Source: Gammaproteobacteria bacterium (GTDB taxonomy: Bacteria; Pseudomonadota; Gammaproteobacteria; GCA-001735895). Taken from it: DNA of 64,000 nucleotides. The stretch lies in the NCBI GenBank assembly GCA_050298595.1, contig JBNKUM010000008.1, positions 128,001 to 192,000 on the forward strand. Direction: 5' to 3'. Within the stretch, counting starts at the first letter, position 1. Each line of letters opens with the position of its first letter. The translations under genes were made by a program, and so were the position numbers. The notes beneath the pieces are model-generated. The model searched no databases and was not told the DNA's origin. It saw only the letters and a program-made list of their open reading frames with translations. Below, piece after piece: positions 1 through 12,402 of this stretch.

Positions 1-1110
1 ATCCTGCTCGTGATGCATAGCAATAATGACTGCACCCGCAGACAGGAATAACAGGGCTTTAAAGAATGCATGCGTCATCAGGTGGAAGATAGCGACTGAG
101 TAAGCCGATGCTCCCAGTGCAACGGTCATATAGCCCAACTGAGACAGAGTGGAATAAGCCACCACGCGTTTAATATCGTTTTGCACGATACCAATCAATC
201 CCATAAAGAAGGCAGTAATCGAACCGATGATCAATATGAATGAAAGTGCGACTTCAGACAGTTCAAATAATGGCGACATACGCGATACCATAAAGATACC
301 GGCTGTAACCATGGTAGCGGCATGGATCAAAGCTGAGATAGGTGTTGGGCCTTCCATCGAATCAGGCAGCCACACGTGTAAAGGTACCTGAGCTGATTTA
401 CCCATTGCACCGATAAATAGCAGGACGCAGGCTACTGTGATTACTGACCATGGATGGCCTTCAAAGATTTCTATAGTTTGACTCGATAGCTGTCCTGCCT
501 GACCGAATACTTCGTAATAATCCAGTGATCCGGTGAACATCAAAACACAGGCGATTCCAAGCAGGAAGCCAAAGTCACCTACACGATTGACCAGAAATGC
601 CTTCATATTTGCATAGATAGCAGTTTCCTTTTTATACCAGAAACCAATTAGCAGGTAAGACACCAGACCAACAGCTTCCCAGCCAAAGAACAACTGCATG
701 AAGTTATTCGACATAACCAGCATCAGCATGGAGAAGGTAAACAGTGAAATGTAACTGAAAAAGCGCTGATAACCTGGGTCATCATGCATATAGCCGATGG
801 TGTAGATATGTACCATCAGCGAGACAGCGGTAACCACGGTCATCATCAGTGCGGTCAGATTATCGATCAGAAAGCCGACTTCAAAACGGATGCCATCGCT
901 TACCATCCAGGTATAAACCGCATGGTTGTAAATTTCGCCGCCATCTAAAACCAGGTCCTTAAGCACGACTACCGATAACACGAATGAAGTGGCCACGCCA
1001 ACTATGGTAACCCAATGTGCGCCTGCTCGACCAATCTGCTTACCGAAAAGCCCTGCAACTATGGCACCGAATAGAGAAGCCAGAGGAATTGCTAAATAAA
1101 GATTTTGCAT
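1..1110 (-). CDS. nuoL: NADH-quinone oxidoreductase subunit L (3' end runs off the window)
   Basis: ATG at 1110 just after nuoK; minus-strand reading gives MQNLYLAIPL... and the NuoL motifs QLFFGWEAVGLVSY, GKSAQVPLHVWLPDSMEGPTPISALIHAATMV and THAFFKALLFL. Confidence 0.96.
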   Translation of the reverse strand, partial: MQNLYLAIPLASLFGAIVAGLFGKQIGRAGAHWVTIVGVATSFVLSVVVLKDLVLDGGEIYNHAVYTWMVSDGIRFEVGFLIDNLTALMMTVVTAVSLMVHIYTIGYMHDDPGYQRFFSYISLFTFSMLMLVMSNNFMQLFFGWEAVGLVSYLLIGFWYKKETAIYANMKAFLVNRVGDFGFLLGIACVLMFTGSLDYYEVFGQAGQLSSQTIEIFEGHPWSVITVACVLLFIGAMGKSAQVPLHVWLPDSMEGPTPISALIHAATMVTAGIFMVSRMSPLFELSEVALSFILIIGSITAFFMGLIGIVQNDIKRVVAYSTLSQLGYMTVALGASAYSVAIFHLMTHAFFKALLFLSAGAVIIAMHHEQD

Positions 1111-1114
1111 AGCT

Positions 1115-1423
1115 CTACCCCTTCATCTCGGTAATATCAGCAACATTGATGGATTGCCTGTTTCTAAACAGCACCACCAGTATCGCCAGACCTATTGCTG
1201 CTTCTGCAGCTGCAACGGTCAGGATAAAAAACACAAAAACCTGTCCGGCTAAATCATTCAGATAATGCGAGAAGGCAATAAAATTAAAATTAACCGAGAG
1301 CAGCATCAATTCAATCGACATCAGCAGGATAATAATGTTTTTCCGATTAATGATAATACCGGCAATGCTGATGCTAAACAGGATGGCAGCAAGTACCAGA
1401 TAATGGCTAAGTGATAAGGTCAT
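1115..1423 (-). CDS. nuoK: NADH-quinone oxidoreductase subunit K
   Basis: LMSIELML and [12 protein letters not shown] motifs; position in operon. Confidence 0.97.
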   Translation of the reverse strand: MTLSLSHYLVLAAILFSISIAGIIINRKNIIILLMSIELMLLSVNFNFIAFSHYLNDLAGQVFVFFILTVAAAEAAIGLAILVVLFRNRQSINVADITEMKG

Positions 1424-2019
1424 TATTTTTCCGCCTCCATCTTGATCACGCGCAGACGATCTTCTTTACGAACCCTGATCTGCTCAGATGGATTTTGATA
1501 TTTGGTATCTGGTCGCTTACGCATGGTGAGTGCAATCGCGGCAATGATAGCCACCAGCAGAATTACCGCTGCTATTTCAAAGGCGAAAACATAATCGGTA
1601 TACAGCACTGCGCCCAATGCTTTGGTATTTGAATAATCAGCAGCTTTGGCAGCAGGTGCAGCCATGGCCTCCAATGAGAATTCATCGCCGGAGATAACAC
1701 TGTAAATCAGTCCAAACATGACCAGGGCCAAAGCGATTCCGACAGGTACAAACTTGATAAAGCCTTCACGCAGGCGTGCAATATTGATATCCAGCATCAT
1801 CACCACAAACAGGAACAACACCATTACCGCACCCACGTAAACCAGTACCAGAGTGATGGCAAGAAACTCAGCCTCCAGCAACATCCAGATAAAGGCACTA
1901 CTGAAAAAGGTAAGCACCAGTAACAATGCCGCATGAACAGGGTTACGCACCGTGATCATTGAAGTTGCTGCTATCACAGTGACTGCAGCGAAAAAATAAA
2001 AAACAAATGTTTCAATCAT
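1423..2019 (-). CDS. nuoJ: NADH-quinone oxidoreductase subunit J
   Basis: [25 protein letters not shown]. Confidence 0.97.
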   Translation of the reverse strand: MIETFVFYFFAAVTVIAATSMITVRNPVHAALLLVLTFFSSAFIWMLLEAEFLAITLVLVYVGAVMVLFLFVVMMLDINIARLREGFIKFVPVGIALALVMFGLIYSVISGDEFSLEAMAAPAAKAADYSNTKALGAVLYTDYVFAFEIAAVILLVAIIAAIALTMRKRPDTKYQNPSEQIRVRKEDRLRVIKMEAEK

Positions 2020-2045
2020 ATTAGTGATTCGCTCATTTTCCAGGT

Positions 2046-2537
2046 CTATCGGTATGGTGCGTCAGCTGCTTTATCAACAGCCAGTTGAGCTTCATAACGA
2101 TCACCAATTTCCAGAAGCTTTTGCTTGGTCATAATGTTTTCGCCACGGTTTTCAAAGTGATATTCGAATACATTGGTTTCTACAATAGAATCAACTGGAC
2201 AAGCTTCTTCGCAGAATCCGCAGTAAATACATTTGAAGAGATCGATATCGTAACGAGTCGTACGACGTGTTCCATCTTCGCGTTGCTCTGACTCAATGGT
2301 AATAGCCAGCGCAGGACATACCGCTTCGCACAACTTACAGGCGATACAACGTTCTTCACCATTTGCATAACGCCTTAATGCATGCAATCCACGGAAACGT
2401 GGGCTGAGTGGCGTTTTCTGCTCAGGATACTGAATGGTAAACTTCTTTTTAAAGAAATACCCACCGGTAACACTTAAGCCCTTTAGCAATTCCCAGAAGG
2501 TAAAGCTTTTGAGATAGTATTTAATTTGCTTAATCAT
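2046..2537 (-). CDS. nuoI: NADH-quinone oxidoreductase subunit I
   Basis: two 4Fe-4S motifs [12 protein letters not shown] and [12 protein letters not shown]. Confidence 0.98.
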   Translation of the reverse strand: MIKQIKYYLKSFTFWELLKGLSVTGGYFFKKKFTIQYPEQKTPLSPRFRGLHALRRYANGEERCIACKLCEAVCPALAITIESEQREDGTRRTTRYDIDLFKCIYCGFCEEACPVDSIVETNVFEYHFENRGENIMTKQKLLEIGDRYEAQLAVDKAADAPYR

Positions 2538-2549
2538 CTGTGCTTAACC

Positions 2550-3608
2550 TCACGCAAACCAGGGGCCGACTTTGTAATACACAAACACGCCTTCCACCAG
2601 CAGCCAAACTATGGTTACAGGAATAAGAACCTTCCAGCCCAGTCGCATAATCTGGTCATAGCGATAACGTGGAAAGGTAGCGCGGAACCACAGGAACAGA
2701 ATCATGAAGAAACCTGTTTTGAGGAATAACCACAGTACACTATCGCCCATCAGATCGGGGAATGGTGATAACCATCCGCCCATAAACATCAGTGCAGTCA
2801 GCATTGAGATTAAAATCATGTTGGCGTATTCAGCCAGAAAGAATACAGCAAAGGTCATACCCGAATATTCCACGTGGAAACCGGCAACGATTTCCGACTC
2901 ACCTTCCGCCACATCAAATGGTGCTCGATTGGTTTCCGCAAGACCGGCAATAAAATAAACCAGAAACAGAGGAAATAAAGGGATGATAAACCAGTTATAC
3001 ATACTCCCTGCCTGAGCATGCACGATTTCACCCAGATTCAGACTGCCACCAGCCATGAGCACACCAACCAGAGCAAAGCCCATGGCAATTTCGTAGGCAA
3101 CAATCTGTGCCGCTGAACGCATGGCACCGAGTAGTGCATATCTGGAGTTTGACCCCCAACCTGCAATGATTACCCCATAAACACCGAGAGAGGTCATCGC
3201 CAGTATATACAGCAGGCCGGCATTGATATTACTGAACACCAGCGTGTCATTAAAAGGTACCACAGCCCAGGCACCCATCGCAGGCGCGAAAGCCAGGATC
3301 GGTGCAATTACAAACAGGAAGGTATTTGAGTTCGTAGGCAGGATGATTTCCTTAAACATCAGCTTGAACATGTCAGCAAACGGCTGAAACAATCCTTTAG
3401 GACCAACGCGGTTAGGTCCAATACGAATCTGCATATAACCGATAATTTTACGTTCGGCCAGGGTGTAATAAGCCACCACAATAAACAACGGTATCAATAA
3501 CATTAACGCCAGAATCACATTAGAAATCAAATATTGAAACCAGTCAGGCCAGAAGTACTGCATCCACTCTGGCAACCAGGATACAAAAGTAGAAATGTAT
3601 TCGATCAT
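2550..3608 (-). CDS. nuoH: NADH-quinone oxidoreductase subunit H
   Basis: [50 protein letters not shown]. Confidence 0.98.
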   Translation of the reverse strand: MIEYISTFVSWLPEWMQYFWPDWFQYLISNVILALMLLIPLFIVVAYYTLAERKIIGYMQIRIGPNRVGPKGLFQPFADMFKLMFKEIILPTNSNTFLFVIAPILAFAPAMGAWAVVPFNDTLVFSNINAGLLYILAMTSLGVYGVIIAGWGSNSRYALLGAMRSAAQIVAYEIAMGFALVGVLMAGGSLNLGEIVHAQAGSMYNWFIIPLFPLFLVYFIAGLAETNRAPFDVAEGESEIVAGFHVEYSGMTFAVFFLAEYANMILISMLTALMFMGGWLSPFPDLMGDSVLWLFLKTGFFMILFLWFRATFPRYRYDQIMRLGWKVLIPVTIVWLLVEGVFVYYKVGPWFA

Positions 3609-5992
3609 GACACTTTCTCCACTTCGATGCTGCCATAGAATCCGCTCAGGTTCTCAACCGCTTTCACACCCATCGGTAACCAGGCACAGCCAACCGGGAC
3701 ATGTTCATCGATAACCAGAGATAGTACCGCAGTACCCTCTCCCTGTTTTATATGCACCTGCTCAGCACCCATCAGACCAGACTTTTCAGCCTGTGCACTA
3801 TTCATACGTAAGCAGTTTGCATCCTGAGTATTAACAGTAGCCTGTAAAGATGTTGAAGCTCGTACCATGGCATCAACGGCATAGATGGCTTTTTCAGACA
3901 CCCTCTGCAAACCGCGTGGACGAGTTGGCAACTTGGTATTACCTGCTTTGACGGATACAAAATTATCCAGATTTAATTCACGGCACTGTTCTTTCAGTTC
4001 ATTGCGTACAGCCGTTGAATCTGCATACTGATAGTTATCAGCAGGTAATAAAACCTGCGCCAGAGCAGTCAAAATTTTCCAGCCCTGACGCGACTCACCA
4101 GCGGCTTTTACGCAACCACTAAATGGCTGCCATAAACCTTCCACGTTGACAAAAGTGCCAGAGGTTTCCAGGAATGTAGCTAGCGGCAATACCAGATCAG
4201 CATGCTGGTCGATAAACTCATTGTTAAAGCTATCGATGCTAATAATAAAATCCTGTAGTTCGGCAATGCTTTTAAGCGACGGGCGATTACTGATATCCAG
4301 TGCAGGATCAATCCCCATCAACAACAATACTTTATGTGCCTGATGAACAATTTCTAAAGTATTTTGCCCGACAGTATCAGCAGCTACCCCTGCAGCCGTA
4401 CGATGAGGTAAAGCTCCGGCCAGACAGGCACCCGCAGAGTTTGCTGATTCGGATAAATAAGAGAGCGTTGATTTTGTCAGGCTTGCAATCTGTTCGGCCA
4501 GTTGCATCAACAGGCTAAAACGTGGATGAGCAACTGCCTGAAGTCCAACGATCACAGCAGATTGTTCACCATCAATCAAAGCCTTAGCGATAGCCTGATG
4601 TTTATCACTCACCTTGGCTTTTTCAGCGAGTGCAGAAAGACCATCCGGCAAGTCAGCTTTAGAGGTTTCGCATACAGCAAGTAAAACCGAGGCAAGATCA
4701 CTTAATTGCTGTTCAGCACTACCTGCAAGATCATTACTCAGATTAAAGTTATATTGCCCAGTTAGAGAACTGATGGAAGAAACATTCGCTGCATTCTTAA
4801 CCACAGCCTTGCGCAGACGATGATTCAATATAGGCTGTTCACGCCGCAGGTTGGCCCCGATTACTAAAGCACTGTTAAGCTGTTCTAATGATACCAGCGA
4901 ACGCCCTAGCCAGGGCATAACAGGTGCCTGAAATTGCACTGAGAAATCAACCTGATTTAGTCGGTGATCGATATTATTTGACCCCAGGCCTCTTACCAGT
5001 TTTTGCAGCAGATACTGCTCTTCCAGTGTGCATTGTGGGCTCACCAGCGCTGCCAGGTTGCCTTTTTGATTGGCAGCAGACTGTAATTTTTCAATTGCCA
5101 GATTAAGCGCAGTTTCCCAGTCAGTGTCGACCAGTTTACCGTTTTGACGTATCTTTGGTGTCAGCAGGCGAGTACCGGCATTGACTGAGCTATAGCTAAA
5201 ACGATCACGATCAGAGATCCATGATTCATTGATAGCTTCATTATCCTTTGGTACTACACGCATAACCTTCTGGTTACGTGTATGCACATAAATATTAGAC
5301 CCCACGCAATCATGAGCGGCTATAGAAGCATGTTGCATCAATTCCCAGGGGCGTGCTGTATAACGCGATGGCCTGGCAGTTAACGCGCCCACCGGACAGA
5401 GATCTATCACATTGCCAGAGAGTTCAGAGGAAACCGACTTTTCAATATAGGTACCGATTTCAGTAGATTCACCACGTCCGGTAGCACCCAGTTCGGGTAG
5501 ACCAGCAATCTCTTCTCCAAAACGTACGCAACGTGTACAAAGGATGCAACGGGTGAAATCGGTAGCGATCAGCGGGCCAATATTCTTGTCACACACCACA
5601 CGCTTTTGCTCTGTGTATTGTGAAACATCACCACCGAAGCCCATCGCGACATCCTGCAGTTCACACTCACCACCCTGATCGCAAATTGGGCAATCCAGTG
5701 GATGATTGATGAGTAAAAACTCCATTGTCGATTTCTGTGCAGCGATAGACTTGCTTGATTTCGTTCTGACAACCATACCATCCTGCACCGGTGTCGCACA
5801 GGCAGGCATCGGCTTTGGCGCCTTTTCAACTTCGACCAGACACATCCGACAATTTGCCGCTACCGAGAGTTTTTTGTGGTAACAAAAACGCGGTATGCTG
5901 ATATTGTTTGCGTCGGCCACATCAATCAGCATTTGTCCCGGTTTAACTTCCAGTTGCTGATCATTAATGGTGATAGTGATTGTTTCGCTCAT
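3605..5992 (-). CDS. nuoG: NADH-quinone oxidoreductase subunit G
   Basis: [39 protein letters not shown]; start moved to ATG 5992 (MSETI) to avoid overlap with nuoF. Confidence 0.97.
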   Translation of the reverse strand: MSETITITINDQQLEVKPGQMLIDVADANNISIPRFCYHKKLSVAANCRMCLVEVEKAPKPMPACATPVQDGMVVRTKSSKSIAAQKSTMEFLLINHPLDCPICDQGGECELQDVAMGFGGDVSQYTEQKRVVCDKNIGPLIATDFTRCILCTRCVRFGEEIAGLPELGATGRGESTEIGTYIEKSVSSELSGNVIDLCPVGALTARPSRYTARPWELMQHASIAAHDCVGSNIYVHTRNQKVMRVVPKDNEAINESWISDRDRFSYSSVNAGTRLLTPKIRQNGKLVDTDWETALNLAIEKLQSAANQKGNLAALVSPQCTLEEQYLLQKLVRGLGSNNIDHRLNQVDFSVQFQAPVMPWLGRSLVSLEQLNSALVIGANLRREQPILNHRLRKAVVKNAANVSSISSLTGQYNFNLSNDLAGSAEQQLSDLASVLLAVCETSKADLPDGLSALAEKAKVSDKHQAIAKALIDGEQSAVIVGLQAVAHPRFSLLMQLAEQIASLTKSTLSYLSESANSAGACLAGALPHRTAAGVAADTVGQNTLEIVHQAHKVLLLMGIDPALDISNRPSLKSIAELQDFIISIDSFNNEFIDQHADLVLPLATFLETSGTFVNVEGLWQPFSGCVKAAGESRQGWKILTALAQVLLPADNYQYADSTAVRNELKEQCRELNLDNFVSVKAGNTKLPTRPRGLQRVSEKAIYAVDAMVRASTSLQATVNTQDANCLRMNSAQAEKSGLMGAEQVHIKQGEGTAVLSLVIDEHVPVGCAWLPMGVKAVENLSGFYGSIEVEKVS

Positions 5993-6006
5993 ATCTGGGA
6001 TAACCT

Positions 6007-7308
6007 TTACGCCGCCCATACAGGTGATGGTTCGGACGGCTCAACCATTGAACGCTTATGTTCAATGTAGTATTCAAATTCGTGCCGAAAATGTTTGATA
6101 AAACTCCATACTGGCATCGCTGCTGCGTCACCCAGGGCACAGATTGTGCGCCCTTCTATCTTGTGAGAAACCTCTTCCAGCATCACGATATCTTCAGGAC
6201 GTCCCTTCCCTTCAACGATTCGGGTTAATACTCTATACAGCCAGCCGGTGCCTTCACGACAAGGGGTACATTGGCCACAGGATTCAGAAAAGTAAAAGCG
6301 CGAAATACGACGTAATGCCTTCACCATATCGGTAGTTTCATCCATTACGATAACGGCGCCAGAGCCCAGCATTGAACCAGCCCTGGAAATAGAATCATAA
6401 TCCATGGTGCATTCCAGCATGATCTCACCCGGCAACACGGGTACCGAAGATCCACCGGGAATAACCGCTTTAAGCTGGCGCCCATCTTTCACACCACCAG
6501 CCATAGCCAGCAGGTCTTTAAAAGGCGTACCCATATTGATTTCGAAATTACCTGGATTATTCAGGTGTCCCGACATGGAAAATAATTTAACCCCACCATT
6601 ATTTGGGATACCCAGATCAGCAAACCATTGTCCACCATTTCTGATGATTGAAGGTACCGATGCCAGTGACTCGGTATTATTAATAGTGGTCGGTTTACCG
6701 TATAAACCAAAATTTGCAGGAAACGGAGGCTTGAATCTTGGCTGACCTTTTTTGCCTTCCAGAGATTCTAATAGTGCAGTTTCTTCACCGCAGATATAGG
6801 CGCCAGCACCCAGTGTTGGGTAAAGATCAAAATCCACACCACTACCTAGAATATTTTTACCTAAAAAGCCCTGCTCGTAAGCTTCTTTTACTGCCTGATC
6901 AAAACGCATATAAGGTTCATCCATAAACTCGCCGCGCATATAGTTATACCCTACTGTGGCACCTATACAGTAGCCAGCAATCATCATCCCTTCTACCAGC
7001 GCATGCGGATTAAAACGCAGGATATCTCTATCCTTACAGGTACCGGGCTCCGATTCATCAGAATTACACACTACATATTTCTGCCCTGGGGCAGTACGCG
7101 GCATAAAGCTCCACTTCAGTCCTGTGGGGAATCCTGCACCACCACGACCACGTAAGCCGGAGGCTTTTACTTCAGCAATCAAATCATCAGGAGAGATTTT
7201 TTCTTTTAAAATCTTTTTCAGTGATTCATAACCGCCAACCTTCAGATAATTTTCCAGAGTCCAGGGTTGGTCAAATTGCAGGGTTGCAAAACAGACTTCG
7301 TTCGCCAT
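6007..7308 (-). CDS. nuoF: NADH-quinone oxidoreductase subunit F
   Basis: [48 protein letters not shown]. Confidence 0.98.
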   Translation of the reverse strand: MANEVCFATLQFDQPWTLENYLKVGGYESLKKILKEKISPDDLIAEVKASGLRGRGGAGFPTGLKWSFMPRTAPGQKYVVCNSDESEPGTCKDRDILRFNPHALVEGMMIAGYCIGATVGYNYMRGEFMDEPYMRFDQAVKEAYEQGFLGKNILGSGVDFDLYPTLGAGAYICGEETALLESLEGKKGQPRFKPPFPANFGLYGKPTTINNTESLASVPSIIRNGGQWFADLGIPNNGGVKLFSMSGHLNNPGNFEINMGTPFKDLLAMAGGVKDGRQLKAVIPGGSSVPVLPGEIMLECTMDYDSISRAGSMLGSGAVIVMDETTDMVKALRRISRFYFSESCGQCTPCREGTGWLYRVLTRIVEGKGRPEDIVMLEEVSHKIEGRTICALGDAAAMPVWSFIKHFRHEFEYYIEHKRSMVEPSEPSPVWAA

Positions 7309-7324
7309 GATTATTTAATCTCCC

Positions 7325-7825
7325 TCATTCCAGACCATCCAGAATTTCGTCAATTTTCTCAGGCGTCAATTTCTCGTGATAAACATGATCAACCTGCATC
7401 ATCGGTCCCGCTGCACAGGCAGCCAGACATTCTTCTTCCGGTTTTAGAAAGATGCGACCATCTTCAGTGCTCTCTCCAACCTTGATACCCAGCTTTCTCT
7501 CAACATAACTCACCACGCTATCAGACCCCATCAGCATGCAGGATATATTGGTACAGATAGCCACGTTATGACGCGCAACCGGTTTGGTTTCGAACATGGA
7601 GTAAAAGGTAGCAACCTCATACACCTGAATTTTTGGTAGATCCAGATAGTCAGCAACTGCATCCATTAACTCTGTAGTCAGGAAGCCTTCGTTTTGATGC
7701 TGAACTGCACGCAAGGCAGCCAGCACTGCGGAACGTTTTTTATCTTCTGGGTATTTCTTCAACCAGCTATCGATCTCATGACGAGTGTGATCAGATAGCA
7801 GTTGTGTAGTGTTTGCTTCAGTCAT
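7325..7825 (-). CDS. nuoE: NADH-quinone oxidoreductase subunit E
   Basis: VATFYSMF, CTNISC...ECLAAC 2Fe-2S ligands. Confidence 0.97.
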   Translation of the reverse strand: MTEANTTQLLSDHTRHEIDSWLKKYPEDKKRSAVLAALRAVQHQNEGFLTTELMDAVADYLDLPKIQVYEVATFYSMFETKPVARHNVAICTNISCMLMGSDSVVSYVERKLGIKVGESTEDGRIFLKPEEECLAACAAGPMMQVDHVYHEKLTPEKIDEILDGLE

Positions 7826-9078
7826 TATCGGTCTATCTCGCCAAAAACTATATCCTGGGTACCGATGATGGCAACCACATCTGCCAGCATATGACCTGTT
7901 GCCATTTCATTCATGCTGGACAGGTGCGCAAAACCTGGCGCACGGACTTTTAAACGGTAAGGTTTATTGCTGCCATCCGAAACCAGAAAACAGCCAAACT
8001 CGCCTTTGGGGTGTTCAACTGCTGTATATACCTCACCAGCAGGCAGGGTGTAACCCTCGGTAAATAATTTGAAGTGATGAATCAATCCTTCCATATCGGC
8101 CTTTAATTCTTCACGACGTGGAGGGGCAACCTTATGATTTTCAGACATTACGATACCAGGATTTGCTTTCAGCCAGTCCACACATTGCTTGATGATGCGG
8201 TTGGACTGTCGTAACTCTTCCATACGTACAAGATAGCGGTCATAACAATCACCATTGGTGCCAACCGGGATATCAAAATCCATTCTGTCGTAGACTTCAT
8301 AGGGCTGCTTTTTACGCAAGTCCCAGGCCACGCCGGAACCACGTAGCATTGGGCCGGTAAAGCCTAATTGATAAGCACGTTCTTCAGAAACTACACCTAT
8401 ACCGACTGTACGCTGCTTCCAGATACGGTTATCGGTCAACAGGGTTTCGTACTCATCTACATAGCCTGGAAAACGACTACAGAAATCGTCGATAAAATCC
8501 AGCATAGTCGACTGACGGTTTTCATTCAGACGATCAGCATCCTTCTGGCTACGCCACTGTGTCACCTGATACTGAGGCATATAGTCGGGTAGATCACGAG
8601 AAACACCACCAGGACGATAATAACCTGCGTGCATACGGGCACCAGATACGGCTTCGTATAAATCCATCAAGTCTTCGCGTTCACGGAAAGCGTACAGGAA
8701 CATGGTCATTGCACCCACGTCCAGTGCATGGGTTCCAATCCACATCAGGTGATTCAGAATTCTGGTGATTTCATCAAACATCACACGAATATATTGCGCA
8801 CGAATTGGCACTTCGAGTTGCAACAGCTTCTCTATCGCCATCACATAGCCATGTTCATTACACATCATGGATACATAATCCAGGCGATCCATATAACCGA
8901 TAGACTGGTTGTAAGGCTTGGATTCCGCCAGTTTTTCTGTTGCGCGATGTAATAGTCCAATATGCGGATCAGCGCGTTCAATCACTTCACCATCCATTTC
9001 AAGCACCAGGCGCAATACGCCATGTGCTGCAGGATGCTGCGGTCCAAAGTTCAGGGTGTAATTCTTAATTTCAGGCAT
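7825..9078 (-). CDS. nuoD: NADH-quinone oxidoreductase subunit D
   Basis: [31 protein letters not shown]. Confidence 0.98.
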   Translation of the reverse strand: MPEIKNYTLNFGPQHPAAHGVLRLVLEMDGEVIERADPHIGLLHRATEKLAESKPYNQSIGYMDRLDYVSMMCNEHGYVMAIEKLLQLEVPIRAQYIRVMFDEITRILNHLMWIGTHALDVGAMTMFLYAFREREDLMDLYEAVSGARMHAGYYRPGGVSRDLPDYMPQYQVTQWRSQKDADRLNENRQSTMLDFIDDFCSRFPGYVDEYETLLTDNRIWKQRTVGIGVVSEERAYQLGFTGPMLRGSGVAWDLRKKQPYEVYDRMDFDIPVGTNGDCYDRYLVRMEELRQSNRIIKQCVDWLKANPGIVMSENHKVAPPRREELKADMEGLIHHFKLFTEGYTLPAGEVYTAVEHPKGEFGCFLVSDGSNKPYRLKVRAPGFAHLSSMNEMATGHMLADVVAIIGTQDIVFGEIDR

Positions 9079-9794
9079 TATTCCGCCACCTCTTCTGCAC
9101 CATCCAGGTAACGATGATCTTCACGTTTGACACGCGGTACCAGAACTCGAGGATCGATAGAAACCGGTTCGTAAATAACACGTTTCTGTTGTGGGTCGTA
9201 GCGCATCTCAACATGCCCCACCAGAGGAAAGTCTTTTCTAAATGGGTGACCGACAAATCCGTAGTCAGTGAGAATACGCCTTAAATCAGGATGATCGGAG
9301 TATAAAATACCAAACAGATCAAACGCTTCACGCTCATACCAGTCGGCTGATTTCCATACCTCAATAACAGATGGGATAACCGGTAAATTATTATTCTCGG
9401 CGAAGACCTTAACCCTTAAGCGGCGGTTGTTGACATAGGACATCAATTGCATAACTGATGCATAACGCGGCTTATCGGGTTCATCTACTGCCAGCTCATC
9501 ACCAAATACCAGACGCCCCATACTGGCCGACTCAACACCCCGACTAAAACCGGTTGAACTGGACGCATCGGTTTCCCATTCACCTTTACCGTACTGTGAA
9601 TAATCTACACCACACAGGTCAATCAGTTGCTGGTAGGCAAATTCAGGATTATCACGTAAATCCATACAGACAGCGATCAAGTTTTCTGCCGTAACTTCGA
9701 GACAGATCTCATTGAAAGCAAGGGTTAGCTGCTGGACTTTATCGCCGAAATGTTTCTGCAAATCATCGGCATGTTGCTGTAAGGAACCTGACAT
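9078..9794 (-). CDS. nuoC: NADH-quinone oxidoreductase subunit C
   Basis: [34 protein letters not shown]. Confidence 0.98.
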   Translation of the reverse strand: MSGSLQQHADDLQKHFGDKVQQLTLAFNEICLEVTAENLIAVCMDLRDNPEFAYQQLIDLCGVDYSQYGKGEWETDASSSTGFSRGVESASMGRLVFGDELAVDEPDKPRYASVMQLMSYVNNRRLRVKVFAENNNLPVIPSVIEVWKSADWYEREAFDLFGILYSDHPDLRRILTDYGFVGHPFRKDFPLVGHVEMRYDPQQKRVIYEPVSIDPRVLVPRVKREDHRYLDGAEEVAE

Positions 9795-9795
9795 A

Positions 9796-10272
9796 TTAAC
9801 GCGCTATGGTATTGGTACGTTTAATCTTGTTCTGCAATTGCAGGATGCCGTATAACAATGCCTCAGCTGTCGGAGGACAACCCGGCACATAAATATCGAC
9901 GGGTACTACCCGGTCACAACCGCGTACTACCGAATAGGAATAATGATAGTAACCACCACCATTGGCACAGGAGCCCATAGAGATCACCCAGCGAGGTTCT
10001 GCCATCTGGTCGTACACCTTGCGTAGTGCTGGTGCCATTTTATTAACCAGAGTACCAGCAACAATCATCACATCGGACTGGCGAGGACTTGGGCGAAAGA
10101 GAATTCCAAAACGATCAAGATCATAACGCGAGGCACCCGCCTGCATCATCTCTACGGCACAACAGGCAAGACCAAAGGTCATTGGCCACATCGAGCCAGT
10201 ACGAGCCCAGTTGATTAATTTATCAGCAGTAGTGGTAACAAAACCCTGCTCGAATACACCTTCTATTCCCAT
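9796..10272 (-). CDS. nuoB: NADH-quinone oxidoreductase subunit B
   Basis: [29 protein letters not shown]; start placed at MGIEG (10272). Confidence 0.98.
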   Translation of the reverse strand: MGIEGVFEQGFVTTTADKLINWARTGSMWPMTFGLACCAVEMMQAGASRYDLDRFGILFRPSPRQSDVMIVAGTLVNKMAPALRKVYDQMAEPRWVISMGSCANGGGYYHYSYSVVRGCDRVVPVDIYVPGCPPTAEALLYGILQLQNKIKRTNTIAR

Positions 10273-10619
10273 TCCAGAGCTCCCTTTTTCCATTCATATA
10301 TAAAACCTATAACCAGTACACCCAGGAAAATACCCATGGCAAAAAGCCCAAAGTTACCAATCTGGTCGAGCACTATGGCCCATGGAAACAGGAAAGCAAT
10401 TTCAAGATCGAAAATAATAAAAAGAATAGCGACAAGATAATAACGCACATCAAACTTCATACGTGAATCTTCGAAGGCTTCAAAGCCGCATTCGTAGGGG
10501 GAATTTTTTTCAGCATCTGGGCGTGAAGGACCGAGCAATTTACCCAGCACGATGAATGCCGTACCCATCACAGAGGTAATCGTCAGGAAAATAAGAATCG
10601 GTAAATAATTACCTAACAT
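10263..10619 (-). CDS. nuoA: NADH-quinone oxidoreductase subunit A
   Basis: [35 protein letters not shown]; start placed at MLGNY (10619). Confidence 0.98.
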   Translation of the reverse strand: MLGNYLPILIFLTITSVMGTAFIVLGKLLGPSRPDAEKNSPYECGFEAFEDSRMKFDVRYYLVAILFIIFDLEIAFLFPWAIVLDQIGNFGLFAMGIFLGVLVIGFIYEWKKGALEWE

Positions 10620-10677
10620 GTGGTGTTTACCCTCTGCGTTTGATTTGGATTTATTATATTGTCTGTAGCAGGCAGCG

Positions 10678-10706
10678 AGTCTATTGCGCTCTGGATTCAG
10701 AGTCAA
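10678..10706 (-). promoter_or_regulatory. Putative sigma70 promoter of the nuo operon
   Basis: minus strand TTGACT-17 nt-TAGACT about 60 nt upstream of nuoA. Confidence 0.5.
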
Positions 10707-10812
10707 GAGCGAGGAGAATATTGATTCGTTATATAAGAATAATTGAAATCAAATAACCTAAGTTAATGGTGAATTAACTTCCAATCTGATAAATGTGAAT
10801 TTATTCAATACT

Positions 10813-10845
10813 AAAAAAGGCCGACATAAAGTCGACCTTTGTTTT
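10813..10845 (-). terminator. Rho-independent terminator after the tRNA-Leu and its duplicated 3' end
   Basis: minus strand AAAGGTCGAC-TTTAT-GTCGGCC-TTTTTT hairpin with U tract. Confidence 0.75.
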
Positions 10846-10962
10846 ATGGTGCCGATGGCCGGACAAAACCGTCTGGAACGGTTTTGAATTGCGAGCCTGC
10901 AAGCAACCCGCAGGGCTGACCCCAAGGATGGAGTCTGTATTCAAACCGGAGCCGGTTCGACT
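10846..10962. repeat. tRNA-linked repeat: duplicated tRNA-Leu 3' end interrupted by a ~77-nt hairpin-rich insert, plus inverted T-arm copy
   Basis: ATGGTGCCGATGGCCGGA at 10846-10863 equals 11015-11032; TCAAACCGG (10941-10949) resumes the T-arm with 1 mismatch; GCCGGTTCGACT (10951-10962) is the reverse complement of 11032-11043. Confidence 0.8.
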
Positions 10963-11015
10963 AGCTGAAGTTGGTGCGATCAATAACGCAGCCAATGCAT
11001 TTCAGTCATTTAATA

Positions 11016-11101
11016 TGGTGCCGATGGCCGGAGTCGAACCGGCACAGCCTTAGGCCACTACCCCCTCAAGATAGCGTGTCTACCAATTCCACCACATCGG
11101 C
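11016..11101 (-). tRNA. tRNA-Leu (GAG), CCA encoded
   Basis: GCCGATGTGGTGGAATTGGTAGACACGCTATC-TTGAGGG-GGTAG...GGTTCGACTCCGGCCATCGGCACCA; long variable arm; usual position downstream of secG. Confidence 0.97.
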
Positions 11102-11111
11102 TTGTATATTA

Positions 11112-11516
11112 TTACTCTGAAGGAGGCAGATCTGTTTGAGCTGGCGCAGTGTCAGCAGCCGGATCTTCAACCGTAGGAGGTAAATCTGTGGTTGCCTCAG
11201 TCTGTTCCATCATGGGAGCAACCTGTTCAACAGCCTGAGTTTCTACGATGGAGTCAACCAGACTAGTCGGACCTTCTCGATGGCTAGACATATAAGCCAG
11301 AGCAAGGCAGGTCAGAAAAAATAATGTCGCCAGAATCGCCGTGCTTTTGGTCAGAAAATTTCCTGAGCCTTTTGCACCGAAAACAGTCGCTGATGCACCA
11401 CTACCAAACGCAGCACCGGCATCAGCACCCTTACCATGCTGTAACAGAATAAGGGCAATTAATGAAACAGATAACAATACCTGCGCGATTAGTAATAAAG
11501 CATTTAAGTTTTGCAT
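11112..11516 (-). CDS. secG: Preprotein translocase subunit SecG
   Basis: LLQHGKGADAGAAFGSGASATVFG. Confidence 0.97.
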   Translation of the reverse strand: MQNLNALLLIAQVLLSVSLIALILLQHGKGADAGAAFGSGASATVFGAKGSGNFLTKSTAILATLFFLTCLALAYMSSHREGPTSLVDSIVETQAVEQVAPMMEQTEATTDLPPTVEDPAADTAPAQTDLPPSE

Positions 11517-11536
11517 AAAACTCTCAAATTAAACAA

Positions 11537-12286
11537 TCAGGCCGACTTGCCAATAGCAAGAAAATCAGCCGCCTTTAAAGATGCCCCACCGATTAAACCA
11601 CCATCAATATCGGGCTGAGATAATAAATCTGCCGCATTCGCTGCATTCATACTACCTCCGTATAAAATCTGTACCTTGTTCGCAACATCAGCACTCAAAG
11701 CAGCCAGTTTGCTTCGTATAAAAGCATGTACTGCCTGTGCCTGTTCTGGTGAAGCTGTTTTACCGGTACCTATTGCCCATACAGGCTCATAAGCTATAAC
11801 ACATTGGCTAATAGCATCAATACCCTGTGTATCAATAACTGCATCCAGCTGACGTGAAACAACCTGCTCGGTTACACCCGACTCACGTTCTTCCAGAGTT
11901 TCACCAATACATAAAATCGGGGTCACTCCAGAGGTTACCGCCATCGCAAAACGTCGAGCTACCAGATCATCGCTCTCACCATACAGTGAGCGTCGCTCAG
12001 AGTGACCAATTATTGCATACTTACAGCCCGCTTCTTTTAACATTGCAGGAGCAAGCTCACCGGTAAAGGCACCACTTTCCTGATCACAGATATTCTGCGA
12101 ACCCAGACCGATAGCAGCATCACCAATATGCGATTTCACTTTCATCAGATAGATCGCTGGTGGGCATACCACCATATCTGCATTCGTCACTTCTGCTAAA
12201 CCTGCCTTAATGCCATCCATTAACTCACCAATACTCTCTAGTGAGCCATTCATTTTCCAGTTCCCAGCTATCAGTGTCCGACGCAT
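11537..12286 (-). CDS. tpiA: Triosephosphate isomerase
   Basis: AGNWKMN, GHSERR, AYEPVWAIGTG, LIGGASL. Confidence 0.99.
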   Translation of the reverse strand: MRRTLIAGNWKMNGSLESIGELMDGIKAGLAEVTNADMVVCPPAIYLMKVKSHIGDAAIGLGSQNICDQESGAFTGELAPAMLKEAGCKYAIIGHSERRSLYGESDDLVARRFAMAVTSGVTPILCIGETLEERESGVTEQVVSRQLDAVIDTQGIDAISQCVIAYEPVWAIGTGKTASPEQAQAVHAFIRSKLAALSADVANKVQILYGGSMNAANAADLLSQPDIDGGLIGGASLKAADFLAIGKSA

Positions 12287-12402
12287 ATCCAGTTCCTCTG
12301 TTTAACTATTATTATGTGTATTAAAAATGGGCGCAAAGGGTACTTGTGTCCGGCCTATAAATCAATGGTTATATACTGGCTTTTAATAAAATATCACCTA
12401 TT

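Noticed and set aside
9480-9600. Insertion in NuoC ([19 protein letters not shown]...)
   Set aside because: In frame with no repeat or intein hallmarks; looks like a lineage-typical loop
10801-10995. 64-aa ORF downstream of the tRNA-Leu
   Set aside because: Runs through the tRNA-linked repeat and terminator; better explained as non-coding
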